64,000 nucleotides of DNA from Tubiluchus corallicola (GCA_030141605.1 JAQGDQ010000673.1:1-64000); one strand, 5' to 3'; shown: positions 12,654-26,455, counted from the first letter of the stretch. The notes: a model not told the origin generated them from the letters alone. Numbers and translations are program-made.

Positions 12654-13064
12654 CCGTATGTACTTACGTACAAGTCGAATTTTTGGGAGGAGATTTTAAG
12701 GTGAAATTTTTGGGGTCGACTTACACTTACGATATGTTTTTGGGAGATGTCGCTAAAGAGTCGTCAACACTACGAATATGTAAAGAAATAATCCTTCATT
12801 ATAAGCTGGACTGAATGAACACACATACTGAGATACTTTACATCAGAGAATGTTCGCATCTTGACATTACTTCACAAAATTAACAAATATTGTGAGTGTT
12901 CATTCAGTCCAGCGTATAACAAAGGATTATTTCTTTACACATTCGTATTGTAGACAACTCTTTAGCGACATCTCCCAAAAACATATCGTAAGTATAAGTC
13001 GACCCCAAAAATTTCACCATAAAATCGCCTCCCAAAAAATAGACTTGTACATAAGTGTATACGG
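12654..13064. mobile_element. pogo/Tigger-type palindromic MITE
   Basis: ta-ccgtat...atacgg-ta termini and long internal inverted repeat. Confidence 0.75.
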
Positions 13065-13288
13065 TAAACTTTTAACTTTTTTTGTCGGACGACGTAAATT
13101 GATGTGTTTCTAGCAAATACAATTAACCGTAATTAATATTTTTGAAGATGTGGGTTGTTTTGCTCATGTAATTGCTTTGTGTTGTAAAATATTGTGGCCA
13201 TTTTACTGTTGTAATGAAAATGTTGTAACTACGAAAGCGACCTCTATTTGCGCTTTTGAAGCTCAGACTCCATGCCGAGTCTCTAGGC

Positions 13289-13770
13289 CAGGGGTGTGCA
13301 AATTGCGGCCCGCAGGGAGAATTTGTGCAGCCCACGAAGAGATTTGTCAACCTAATGAAAGTGCGGCCCGGGCGATTAATTGAGTGTATCCAGCTGAAGG
13401 CCATGCCACGATCCCAAAGATAGTGCGGGTAGTTTTTTCTACTAGATCGGATGCCATTAACCCTTACAAAACGGTTGTAGCTTAATGTCACTGTACTACA
13501 CAGACTGTGTGATACACATTACTAATATGCATTGTAATGAAATTACCACTATCTGTGCTGAAAGTAGAAATATATGGTTTGTAATATAAATTTTAATAAC
13601 TTCTAAAATAGTTTCTTGAGTGTAGTAGTAATGATGTACGCAGGTCGGATGCAAAAAAATCGTTATTAGGCCCTTCTGTACTTGGCTCCTTGATCAAACT
13701 GCCTGTGGCCCGCAGGAATTATGGGAAAGTTTAATGTGGCCCGGCTAGTCAGATAATTTGCACACCCCTG
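13289..13770. mobile_element. hAT (Charlie-like) MITE
   Basis: TIR caggggtgtgcaaatt / aatttgcacacccctg; perfect 8-bp TSD ctctaggc. Confidence 0.9.
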
Positions 13771-13871
13771 CTCTAGGCCCCACATTTGGTCCGGACTAGG
13801 GCTTCCAGTTCGATCACAGGAAGCCATTTGGGGTGTGACTGCGAGGTTGAAGCCATGGGTTGTTTTTCCAG

Positions 13872-14014
13872 GATTGTCCGGAAGCCATCTATCAGCTCAT
13901 GTTGGATTGCTGGCAGAAGGAGAGGAACCATCGGCCGAAGTTCCCGGCGGTCGTCAAGACATTAGACACTCTCATTAGGCATCCAGAGTCACTCAGGAAA
14001 ATAGCTAAATCAAG
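13872..14014 (+). CDS. Eph: Eph receptor kinase C-terminal exon ([24 protein letters not shown]...SLRKIAKS)
   Basis: Translated by hand; tttttccag / gtaagc. Confidence 0.95.
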
Positions 14015-15167
14015 GTAAGCTGTGCGAGCTGAGTAAGTCAGAAATTGCAATTTGCACATAGAACAGAGAATTAGTAAGCTAAATGTGTAAAAAGGGTTAG
14101 TTAATGTATATTCCCAATGGGCAAATTAAAATTAAAATTCGAATTTAAAATGACATCAGTGTTATGAATAAAACTAAGTACCGCTTCATTGCTTGAATTT
14201 AAAACTCGCTGCTGAAGGCTAAAAGTACTTTTACGCAAAAAAGACTTCAAAATGATTACAAACATTTTCAACACATTCTAGATACTGCGGTACCCCGACG
14301 GTAAGCAAAATTAATATGTCATAAATATACTTTTAAGTGTGGTAATTATTATAATAACACGGTGATACTGAAAACAAGATAGTGTTGCTTTATATGCAGA
14401 GTAAAATTGATGTCTCAGCGTTTACGGTAATTAAATCTTGCTACAAATATTAAATGTTTCTACAAGAAAAATAATATAAATATTTACACATAGAACAGAG
14501 AATTAGTAAGCTAAATGTGTAAAAAGGGTTAGCTGGTGTAAATTCCGAATGCGCAAATATATTCGAAGTTAAAATGACATCAGAATTATGAATAAAACTG
14601 CATCTGATGACTTCATTGCTTGAATTTAAAACTCGCTGCTGAAGACTGAAAGTATTTTTGCGTAAAATGACTTTAAAATGACTACAGCCATGTTCGGCAC
14701 ATGTTCGAGACGCTGTGGTGCCCGTACGGTAAGCAGAAAACGTCGTCAATGCAAAACAGTAGCCTACTTAATTTCCTATCAGTAGCAACATTAAAAGTTA
14801 TTCAGATGTTTTTGAAACAGTAAAAATTTGAACAGTAAGATTTAAACATAGCACGTTTGACATCAGCAGAGCAAAAGCTAAAATATCAGCAAAGAATATT
14901 GAAACTAACATAAAAAAACGCGCAGCTGATTTAAAATGTCAGCATCATCTTTGCAATTATCATTAATTATCGTTAATTATCTAGAATTTTGTTATAAAAT
15001 TGTGTTACACATTCGAATATCTTTCTGGCTTCAACTGAAACTTCCATTTGATCAGTTCCGCTGACCATTTTCAAATGCAAACGGTCAACTAAGCGGACAT
15101 TTTAGTAGTTCATTTGTGCACAACAAGGTTTTTTTAAACATTTTTAAGGATCTTTCCATCTTTTCAG

Positions 15168-15324
15168 GTTCGAGGAAGGATTGGATCCCTTCGCACCCGA
15201 CGCATTATGCGAGTTTCAGAACGTTTACGATTGGCTAGACAACATCAAAATGAGCCGGTACGCCGAGACGCTACAGCGGGCGGGTTACACCACCCCCGAA
15301 GCCATTTGTAGTCTTAATGTGCTG
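15168..15324 (+). CDS. Eph: Eph receptor SAM domain exon 1 (VYDWLDNIKMSRY)
   Basis: SAM motif WL.IKM.RY; ttttcag / gtaaga; phase 2 matches previous exon. Confidence 0.92.
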
Positions 15325-15452
15325 GTAAGAGGATTTCTTCAAACATTATCGGATGGTAGAAAATAACGAGTGCCGCGTAGCTAACGACTATTCTGTAAAG
15401 TTAGGCAATACTAGTTCTCGTCAAGAATTGGGTAGATGACTCAACTGAGATG

Positions 15453-15503
<51 letters not shown>

Positions 15504-15587
15504 ACATGACACATGGTGACATGTACATACATACATACATGCATACATACATACATACATACACACATACATACATACGTACATACA

Positions 15588-15620
<33 letters not shown>

Positions 15621-15855
15621 CTGTTTGTCCGACCTCGCTTTCACTTATATACATATGTATGTATACAAGCATGTCTCTGTTTGATTTGATTTGATTCTGA
15701 TATTTTCCACTTGGAGAAATTTTTTAGATACGCTTGGAAATCTTAAGTTTTTAATACCCTGTATGCCCGTACGGTTAAAATTAGTATAACTGAAAAAAAA
15801 TTTTATTTCAAGAAGTTTCAAATTATCTTCTAAAATAATTGTCTAATTTTTGCAG

Positions 15856-15972
15856 GAGTTGTTAAGATTGGGAGTGACGCTAGTCGGTCATCAGAAGAAG
15901 ATAATGAACAGTGTTCAAACGCTACGCTCTCAACTACAGGGCACGCATATAACCGAGGGTTTCCTAGTCTAA
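15856..15972 (+). CDS. Eph: Eph receptor terminal coding exon (ELLRLGVTLVGHQKKIMNSVQ...TEGFLV*)
   Basis: SAM motif GVTLVGHQKKI, hydrophobic PDZ-binding C-terminus, TAA stop. Confidence 0.95.
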   Translation, partial: ELLRLGVTLVGHQKKIMNSVQTLRSQLQGTHITEGFLV

Positions 15973-17378
15973 TTATTGTAAATACGTCCCGCCCGTCTGA
16001 GACACTAAACACCCGCCCACCGGGGGCAGGCACATATCAGTTTCGTAGCGGACAATGTGTTTTCGTATTCACGATGCGTAACAATCGTGCATGGATGGAT
16101 CGTCGTCGGCGTCGCATCTCGTCGGTCGGCATGGCTGCGCGACGAACAGTCATCATCGCTTCTCGTCGTTCGACACGACCGCGAGGCGAACGTCGTCGTT
16201 TTGTGACTATTTCGTTTCCCCGCGGAAACACTTTTCGCGGCATTTTTAGTTAGTGGACGATCGTTGATGATGATTCGAGAATTTCTGCTAGTCTTAAGCG
16301 TTGCTCTGCGGTTCGAATGCTAAATGGAATCAGAGGCTGAGTTTTCTACCTACATACTGGACTTGCATGCAAATCAAGTAACGCATTCTAATCTAAACTT
16401 TCTGCCATTTCTGTAGTTTGTTGTCAAACTTTGCACTTGGTATCCGAAAAAAAACTGAAAAAGTTCGTTCTTAGTTCAGAATTGTTAAACTTCGGATGCA
16501 CATGGTTGGCCAGTAAACAGGAGTCTGTATTGATTTGGTATTATAAAAATTCGTTTCATAGCATTTTTGATGATGATATACAGTTGTTGTTCTTGCAAGA
16601 TCATGTGTTCTATGAATTGTATTAAAATATATAAAAGTTGAGTTGACTTTTTGCAAAAATTATGACTATATACCAGCCACTTGTTCCACTATATTACATA
16701 TTGTAGGCGAACTGTAATTAGACCGTTGTAAAATTTTAGTACAGAATCAAATTTTTAATTGTATCTTTCGTGATTAAGCAGACGTAAACGTGTGATTGTA
16801 GTTGGCAAAGCAGGTGAGTTAACTTTTAATTATTGTTAATTTATGTAAATATGTTTTACGGATCATAGCAATCATCGTATTGTAAATTATGTAAATAGTG
16901 TATAGTTAGTTTTAGTACATGTATCGTTGTTTTTTATAGTTGCATATCATGTATGACGTACTCTCTTGCATAGCCAACATATTTATCTTGGCTATTATGA
17001 ACGGTTTTTATCGTATTATGGACTGTGACATGTTATATTCAGTGGCCTACTATTCCATGTCGTGTGGTTTCGTCGCGTGACGCGTTACGTGGCTGCCGAC
17101 ACGCCAAATCGTAAATGTAAAATGATGATTATTTTTGATAAGCAAACGATACTAGCTGTACGTGTGTGTGTGTGAAGACACAACTCGATTATGTACCAGG
17201 CCTACATGATAGATAAGTACTGTTGTATATAATGATTATTTAGATGTTATTTATGTTATCTGTTGTGTTGTGTTTTGATGTTTACGACTGTACCGTTAAT
17301 AATATTCACCAGCTATAAGACAAGTTAATATGTATACGAATATGACCTCAGACGGAGTTGTATGCGTTTGATTATGAG

Positions 17379-17593
17379 AGGTGTGTCACTATTATTTTCC
17401 CAGAATTTTCAAAAATTTACCAAGACTTTTGTAGTTAAAAACAACTCGACTTTATTAAAACTTTTACATCAAAAATATTACATTATTCAGGGCCTATTTC
17501 AAGGGGGGAAGTGGGGATACTTTCCCGGGGCCTCACCCTCCAGGGGGACCTCGCGCCAAGGTAACATTTTTTTGCTTTATGCGAACATGCTGC

Positions 17594-17629
<36 letters not shown>

Positions 17630-19900
17630 TCTCTCTCTCTCTTCTCTCTCTCACTCTCTCTCTCTCTGGCCGCATGCGCGCCGTTTGCCAGTATTGACAA
17701 GCTTTAAGGTCTTGTCTTGAGAATAAAGCAATTTTTCTTTCAATTGTTCTTTCCTTTAACAACTGTATAACTCCATATTTTCTCTTCGAAAATGCTTCTC
17801 CAACGTTCTAGCAGTTCAAAAATTTTCTGGGCGCCAACGACGGGGCCTCACATGCCCCACTTCCCCGGGCCTCGCCTAGGCTGAAATAGGCCCTGAACAC
17901 ATTTACATTAAAAAGTTAAAATCGTGCCAAACGTTTCAACTAGCTGCTGCTGTCATCAACGGTGGAAAATTGACAAATATAAACAACTGCCTATATAAAC
18001 TGGTTGAATGTTATATAATATAAACGTTATATATAATATTATATATATAATATAAATGTCATATAACATTGAATGTTTTTAATATAAAAGTTTTAATAAA
18101 GTCGGGTTGTTTTTACGAGGTCTCTTCCTTAAGACTTGGTTCAAGTTTTTCACGTTAAAGTTTTAAAGAGTTAAATTACAAAATAGATTCCTCTTTTTTG
18201 CAATGTTGAGCTTCCAATGTTTGTTTATATAACTATGCATTCATTATGATCAAAATCAATCAATCAATCATCATGTAAATAACCTAAATTTGTTACTGTC
18301 AAAACCTAATTATGAAGTCAGATACCATTATTGATCATGTAGTATGTTATTTCGCTTGATTTTCTTAAAAATTATTACTAGTTATATACTTTGTATACAT
18401 TTATTTCTTCAAAAAACAGTTAATATAGACGTATGATAACTTTGGATGGTGTTACAGCATTCAGTTGCAAATGTACAACTTTGTAATGTTCTTCAATGGT
18501 ATTGCATTTCTACTGATAAAATTTTGTCGTGTTGAAAATTATCGTTCTGTGTGAAATATTTAATAAACTTTTTCTATTTAATTGAAATCTGGGCTTTCGC
18601 TTGTTATTTCGTGAAAGGAAAATGGAGAAATGTTTCTCATTCGCAAATCAAGCTGAAAAATCGAACGGGGGATCTTAATGAACCGCTGTCGCTAGTTTAT
18701 TTACCGGTAATATATGAATTTTAACTTAATTTCAATATTTAATAAACTTTTTAATTGAAATCTAGGCTCTCGCTATTTTGTGAAAGGAAATCTTAAAGGA
18801 CAAGAAAAGGGCCACCTGAAGTTGGTTTCAGAAAAATCGCCTTAAAAATTAAATTACTTTATAGCAATTTTATGCACATATCGTATTCGTGTTGAAAGGA
18901 ATTTTCGTTTGTTTTTATTTTAAATCCCGCAGTACTGTTCCAACGGCGCCATTACATGACGTCACTACGCCACGTAAATCAAGGGAAGAAAAGTCAATGT
19001 TAAATTATGACCCAAAACACTTTCCGTGCAAATCTATATCGCTTAGATTTTCACTTACCTGCTGGAAAGACTTATGTAACTAGACTAATCATTTAAAATG
19101 TTTGTGCCAATTGGTCAAATGTCGCTGACTCACCCTCCAGGGTGCGCCACTTGCTAAGCAAAAACGTATTTTTCATCTTATTGACAAGATACAGTAATTT
19201 AAAATTTTACTTAATTAGCAACATGTAAGCTACGAATGCTCTGATTATTTTTCAAACATTACACAATGTTATCAAAACTTGTTTCAAACGACCTACCATC
19301 AAAATGGCTGCGCCTAACGGCCATCGCGGGAGTTTAAATTTACACGTTTTATACAGCGTTATGCAAGCCCTGCATACGAAAAGGTAGCACGTAAGTGCTA
19401 TATAATTTCAGGACGAATTTTTTTAAGCTTTATGTAAGTGGAGGGTTTTCTTGTGCCTTGATGAACATTGATCGATGATTCTTGAAGGTCAACATAGGGT
19501 CAAGTTTATTTAGTAAGCCTTTGAATAAACTGATAGGTTAAGCTTTATTTGGCATTCTTAACAATGTAATGGCATACCACACTTAAAACTGCAGTTGTTA
19601 TCGCGTTATTTGATCAGTTATTAAATCAATTAAACCTTTACCTGTCACTGGTCACCTTGTTCTGTTGACAACAACAATGATGACAATAGACGACGATGAA
19701 AACGACAAACACAACCATAGCATCGGCAACAACAACAACAGCAGTAGCAACAACAGCAATAGCAGCAGTAACAACAACAACAGCAGGAACAGCATCATCA
19801 ACAGCAGTAACAACAACTACTACTACTACAACAGTAGCAGCAACACCAGCAGTAAGAACAACAACAACTACTACTACTACTACTACAGCAGTAACAACAA
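17379..19900. repeat. Right arm of long inverted duplication, merging into an (AAC/AGC/TAC)n tract that runs to ~20260
   Basis: Reverse complement of 1-2532. Confidence 0.95.
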
Positions 19901-21339
19901 CAACAACAACAACAACAGCAGCAGCAACAACAACAACAACAACAACAGCAAAAACAACAACAAGAAGAGCAGTAACAACAACAACAACAACAACTACTAC
20001 TACTACTACTACTACAACAGTAGCAGCAATACCAGCAGTAACAACAACAACAACAACAGCAGCAGTAACAACAACAACAGCAGCAGCAGCAACAACAACA
20101 ACAGCAGCAGCAACAGCAAAAACAACAACAACAATAGCACCAGCAACAACAACAGCAGTAACAACAACAACAGCTACTACTACAACAACAGCAGCAGCAA
20201 CAACAACAACAGCAACAGCAGCAACATCAACAACGTCAATAACGACGATGATGAGAACAACAACTTGTTTCTGCTTTTACGAACTTTAAATTTGCCATCG
20301 CTTGTCTTCATCTTAACTGTACATGTTAACCAACTTAACGAGTTTACAAACATTTTCTAATAAATACGTAAATAAATAAATAAATAAATAAATAAACACG
20401 CAAAGGAATACACAGACAAGGTGAAAATAAGTAACAAACAAACAAAAATGGAGCAAATAAACAAATTTTGACTAAGCTATGTAATTTAAATGCGTATTAA
20501 GTCTTCAAAATGGAGGTTAAAACTGTTGAATGACTAGAACAGTGGGTCCCAACCTTTTTTGACCCCCCCTTTTGAAGACTGCTGATTCTCGTTCCCCCTA
20601 GCCCACAAACAATGCATTATTTTTATTTTTCCACTCATTCGTTCCCCCCTAGAGGTGGCTCATCCCCCCCTTATAGCATTTTTTTATGCGTATATCGTAT
20701 TTGAAATGTTATGAAATATAGTGTTGAATGAAATTTTTTCTTTTCATTTTAAATCTCGCGCAATACTGTTCCGACCTCACCATTACATGACGTCATGCAC
20801 ACACAATTTCGGGGAAGAAAAGGAAATATTAAATTATGTCTCAAAAAACTTTCCATGCAAAGTTATATCACTTAGCATTTCGCTCACCTGCTGGAAAGAC
20901 TTATGTAACTAGAAAAGAAAATTACTTATTTAAAATGCTTCCACCAATTAGTAACATGTCGTTAACTCACCTCCAGGGTACACCACTCACTAGCCAAAAA
21001 ACGTATTTTAATTTTATTGATAAGATACGGTAATTTAATATTTTAATTTGTTAGTGACGTGTGCGCTACGCATGCTCTGATTATTTTGTCAAACTTTACT
21101 CAGTGTTGTATAAACTTGTTTCAAACGACTTATCGTCAAAATGGCTGCGTCTAACGGTCATCGCGGGAGTTTAAATTATACAGAGTTACTTGCAATGCAA
21201 GCCCTGTATGCAAAAAGGCAGTACGTGAGTGGTATAAAATTTCAAGACGAAATTTTTTAACCTTTATGTAAGTGACGGGTTTTCTTGTGATTTAAGTCAG
21301 ACTTCATCAGCTTGCTTACTTCTTAAGCTTACGAATTAA

Positions 21340-21915
21340 GAACAATGTTTAAAATCCCAATTTTACAAGCACACAATGACTTCTACACAATCCTGTTTTT
21401 ATATAAATACATCAACAATATTAACACGCCCTTCATCAAAAATAAGCTTCCACTCCTCTTGGAGCCAACATTAAATCCAAGAACACACAATATTAAACAA
21501 ACACGCACTAATAACAAATACGGCAACAATTCTGTCACTAAACAAGGAGTTCAACTTTGGAATACCCTGCCATCAAATTTAAAACAAATCAAATCTTTCA
21601 ACGAATTCAAATCAAAATCAAAAATATATACATTACATCGTTTTGAAAACCCAACATACGTAAACGATAATATATATTCATCTGCAAATTTTATTTACCC
21701 ACGTTATTAAATTATATGTATGTATTGTATATAGTCTATTATAATTTCCGTATAATAGTATAATGTATATTTTGTTTTAAATTTTTGGCACAGTAGTTTT
21801 TAGTTTGCACTGGACGCATTTGCCTTTAACAGTCGTGTGAATTTTATTCTCATGCTGAGATGTTCTTTTATGCTTTTATAGTTACGAATATCCATTTTTT
21901 ATGGCAAATAAAGAT
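21340..21915 (+). mobile_element. 5'-truncated LINE (CR1/L2-like) 3' end; related pieces at 42590-43085, 45140-45560, 54205-54490
   Basis: ORF with the RT C-terminal tail pattern RT..YG..S....G..LWN.LP...K....FK followed by a 3' UTR. Confidence 0.65.
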
Positions 21916-21986
21916 TATATATATATATATATATATAAGTTCATTTCACAAGCTTGGATTTTTCGCGAGTTCCGTTACTGATTTTA

Positions 21987-22063
21987 TGACGTCACCCAAT
22001 CATTCGCGTGCTTCCTAATTAGTGACGTCACCAGTGAGACACGGGTGTTAATTTGTGACGTCA
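21987..22063. promoter_or_regulatory. Cluster of three full CRE palindromes (TGACGTCA) plus CCAAT, ~300 bp upstream of the peptide-gene ATG
   Basis: TGACGTCA at 21987, 22023, 22056; NRF1-like GCGCATGCGC at ~22182. Confidence 0.55.
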
Positions 22064-22353
22064 TTATGGAGATTTCATTTGTAAAACAACTGCGCACAAC
22101 ACTCGGTTATTTTTCCAACAGGGTCGAGTAGAGTCTATTTCATCATCACAGTCGCGTTTAACTACACCTACACCTGTGCTCGCGCATGCGCACTAGGCAG
22201 TGGGTCCCCTATTGAAAACAATAGGTGAACGGGTAATTAACGGGGAAGTTAGCGCATTAGTGAGAAAGCTCCTACAAGGAGGCAGAAAAAAGACACAAGA
22301 GCAGCGAGGAAATTTGTTTTCGAGTTCGCTTTTTTAGTTTTTCATACTTTGCA

Positions 22354-22420
22354 ATGAATCAGTCTTATCTACACGTTACATTTGTGATTGGAGGGTGTTT
22401 ACTATTGCTAACACATCAAG
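22354..22420 (+). CDS. Exon 1 (signal peptide MNQSYLHVTFVIGGCLLLLTHQ) of a putative secreted Cys-rich prepropeptide
   Basis: ATG, hydrophobic core and CAAG|gtaacc phase-1 donor; joins in frame to 51148 giving ...THQVCSA. Confidence 0.65.
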
Positions 22421-22539
22421 GTAACCCGTTTATAAGTTTCTTATTTATATTTACATGTATAGACAACATTACATGGGACATCAGTTATCTCTCTGTGTCA
22501 AGATTTCACTTTTACCACTAACAAAATAAGTGTTACCAA

Positions 22540-23000
22540 TCTGTCTCTCTTTCTTTCTCTCTTTCCCTCCCCCCCTCTCTCTCTTTCCCTCCCTCTCCCT
22601 CTCTCTCTCACTCTCTCCCTCACTCCTCACTCCTCTCTCTCCCTCTCCCCTCTCTTCTCTCTCTCTCTTTCTTTCTCCCTCACTCCTCTCTCTCCCTCTC
22701 TCTCTGTGGCAAGATTTCACTTTTATCACTAACAAAATAAGTGTTACCAATCTGTCTCTTTTCTCTCTCTCTTTCCCTCCCTCCCTCTCTCTCTTTCTCT
22801 CTTTCCCTCCCTCTCTCTCTCTCTTTCCCTCCCTCTCCCTCTCTCTTCTCTCTCTCTTTCTTTCTCCCTCACTCCTCTCTCCCCTCTCCCTCTCTCTCTC
22901 TCTCTCTCTCTCCCTCTCTCTCTCTCTTTCTCTCTCTCTCTCTTTCTTTCTCCCTCACTCCTCTCTCTCCCCTCTCTCCCCTCTCTCTCTCTCTCTGTAT
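22540..23000. repeat. CT-rich microsatellite with a duplicated 50-bp flank
   Basis: Direct inspection. Confidence 0.85.
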
Positions 23001-23104
23001 AAAATTATCTGACTGTTGACTGGGGGAAGCTAATCGAGTTTCTCAAGCTACTTCTTCTTCTTCCTCTCCAATGAGCAAAGCTTCAAGCAAAACTGGACAC
23101 AATG

Positions 23105-24100
23105 TTAACCTGTAGGTCAAAGCAACCTACTCTTTAAAATATTGAAAGGAAACATACTATTTTTCAAAAGTGACTCACGTGAAAGAATCATTACTACAAA
23201 AACTATTTCATGTTCGCATCACTAGTTCTTCGCTGTTACATGCATTTCGCCATTCGCTAGTTAGACGGGCACTAGTGCCTGCATTTCGGAAAGCGTTGCA
23301 CAAAAAAAGTTGCTGTACCTTTCAGTTCAGATGTGTCAGTTTGTGACGAACTGGTAAATTTCTAAGTTTTTGTACAACACACTGAATATCTTACAGTAGC
23401 ACTGTACTTCAATTTTCGCTTTCGCAAACATGTGCAACACGCTCGTGTAGTATTTTTGATGTTGAAAATTTTGTTAGTTTGTGATGTCGATAGTTGGGCT
23501 GTCCTGCCGTTAATGAAGTTCTTAATCTATTGTTTAATTATCAGAAACGCTTGTGCAATATTAATTGTGTTAAAATGTATACTTTTTATCAGGCTAATTA
23601 CTTAAAATTATTTAAGTATATTTTTATTTATTGCTCTAAGTACGGAAAACACAACATAGAATATCTTTCAACAAAATAACAAAGTTGTAAAAACAAACTT
23701 AGTTGCCAAGCATCAATTAAAAACTTAATTAATAGCGAGCGAGAACAACCATTGAGGACATCACAAACTAACATAATTTTCAACAGCAAAAATATTCTAC
23801 GAGCGTATTCCAATTTCAAATTTCAAATTTACCGCTCCACTCACTCATGAGCTCTTGAACGTGTGTAGTTCGTCACAAACTAACACATCTGAACTGAAAG
23901 GTACAGCGCCTGTTTTTTTTGCAATGCGTTTCCCAAATGCTGGCGCTACTACCCGTCTAACTAGAGTATGGCGAAATGCATGTAACAGCGAAGAACTAGT
24001 GGCGCGAGCGTGAGATTCTGTTTGTGTGGTAATAATTCCTTCACGTAAGTCAGTTTCCTTTCAATATTATAAAGAGTAGATTGTTTTGACCTACAGTTGA
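23105..24100. mobile_element. ~1-kb foldback formed by inverted arms of an abundant repeat family (also 9590-10048, 34030-34607, 43170-43475)
   Basis: ctgtaggtcaaagcaacctactctttaaaatattgaaaggaaac vs gtttcctttcaatattataaagagtagattgttttgacctacag. Confidence 0.65.
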
Positions 24101-24619
24101 AGATTGGGCCTGGCTTTGCTTTAAGTAATTACCTGCATTTTGCAAACCCTTCGCGTGACGAAATAATTTGTTTTCTTTATTACGTTAAGTCTAATTTCAT
24201 TTACTAAAAAGGTCATAACCGGTCGACGAACCAGACAAATTTTTGATAATAAAATAATAATTTAATAATTAGAGATAAATATCATTTACAGTCTAACTTT
24301 TGTGGCGCCAACTACTGATTTTTCGGCACTGGATTGGCGCCATGCTTGGTAGATTTCGAGAATGTTCTGGAAAAGTGTAAGGCTTAACTAGCAGCTGTCC
24401 TGCTTTGTTATTGTGGCGTGGTAGTTGAGTTTTCTGTTTTACGAGAATTTCTGCTTTTTGAATGTCTCATTTTAGTAAACGGTGACGACACCAAACCACC
24501 GCCACTACCAGTAACCCTAGTTACACTACTGTATAAATACTATTACTACATATACCTCTGCATACCACTAACATTATTACTACCACTCCCACAACTATTT
24601 CTACTACCACTGTTGCTGT

Positions 24620-24767
24620 TGCTACTGCTACGCTGCTACTGCTTCTGCTGCTGCTACTACTGCTACTGCTACTGCTACTGCTGCTGCCACTACTGCTACT
24701 GCTGCTGCTGCTGCTTCTGCTACTTCTTCTACTACTGCTACAGCTGTCGCTACTACTACTACTGCTG

Positions 24768-24862
<95 letters not shown>

Positions 24863-24863
24863 G

Positions 24864-24910
<47 letters not shown>

Positions 24911-24917
24911 GCTGCTG

Positions 24918-24970
<53 letters not shown>

Positions 24971-24971
24971 G

Positions 24972-25048
<77 letters not shown>

Positions 25049-25055
25049 GCTGCTG

Positions 25056-25125
<70 letters not shown>

Positions 25126-25325
25126 TTCTACTACTACTACCACCACTACTACTTCTACAGCTGCTGCTAATACTACTACTACTGCTGCTGCTGCTAATAC
25201 TACTACTACTTCTAGTGCTACTACTACTACTAGGACGACGACTACTACTGCTTCTGCTGCTGCTACTACTACTACTAATAATAATAATACTAGTTCTACT
25301 ACTACTGCTGCTACTACTACTACCA
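24620..25325. repeat. (TAC/TGC)n trinucleotide tract
   Basis: Direct inspection. Confidence 0.95.
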
Positions 25326-25949
25326 TTACCCCTCTACCAAGTATTAGGCCTACTACTGGAGTAAAAACATCAAATTGCTATGACTGCAATCATGACATGA
25401 ATTTAAAACATAATGCAAAGTAAATAGCTCATGTCTCTTTATAAAAAAAGAAAATAATGAGCGCTAATAACAAACAATGTCGTCACACTAATTACGTTAT
25501 AAGAACTGCATGACATTTTTCAGACAGCAGTTTTCAAAAACACGCTTAGAAGCGAAGAAAGAGATCATCTTACATTTTAAAAACGCATATTTATATAGGA
25601 GCAATCAGGTATATTACTTGTGGTGTGTTAGCTACAGGGTCTGCGTTCAAAGCACAACCGTTTGTGGTGTAGTACTATAATCCATGATTTTCAACAGCGC
25701 AGAGGAAGAAGTATAAATTACTTAAAGGACAAGAAAAAGGGTACCTAAAGTAGGTTCCAAAAAATCGACTTAAAAAATTATACTACTTTACAGCAAGTTT
25801 ATGCATACTCACGTTGGAATTTTTATTTTTATTTTAAATTTCCCTGTTTCGAAGTCGCCATTACATGACGTCACTTACGCAAACATCAATCAGAGGAAGA
25901 AATGCTAATGCTAAATTATGTCCCAAAAAAATTTTGGTTTTGGTGGAGG

Positions 25950-26013
25950 TAGGTAGTGGTGGTGGTGGTGGTTGGTGGTGTTGGGGGTGATGGTGGAGGT
26001 GGTAGTGGTGGCG

Positions 26014-26085
<72 letters not shown>

Positions 26086-26422
26086 ATAGTAGTAGTAGTA
26101 GTAGTAGTAGTAGTAGAGTAGTAGTAGTAGTAGTAGTAGCAACAACAACAGCAGCAGCAGCAGTAGTAGTAGTGGTGGTGGTGGTGAGTGGTGGTGGGGG
26201 TGGTGGTGGTGGGTTGGTAGTGTTGGTGGTGGTGGTGGTGATGGGGGTGGTGGTAGTGGTGATGGTGGTATTGTTGGGGGTGATGGTGGTGGTGGTGAGT
26301 GGTGGTGTTGGTGGTGGTTGTGGTGGTAGTGTTAGTGGTGGGGGTGGTGGTGGTGGTAGTGTTGGTGGTGGGAGTAGTGTTGGTGGTGGGGGTGTTGGTG
26401 TTGGTAGTGGTGTTGGGGGTGA

Positions 26423-26454
<32 letters not shown>

Positions 26455-26455
26455 A
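25950..26455. repeat. (TAG/TGG)n trinucleotide tract
   Basis: Direct inspection. Confidence 0.95.

Noticed and set aside
24476-24540. Alternative phase-1 second exon (VNGDDTKPPPLP...) for the signal-peptide exon; likewise 33135-33224
   Set aside because: The first runs into a microsatellite and the second has no peptide-precursor features; both lack support
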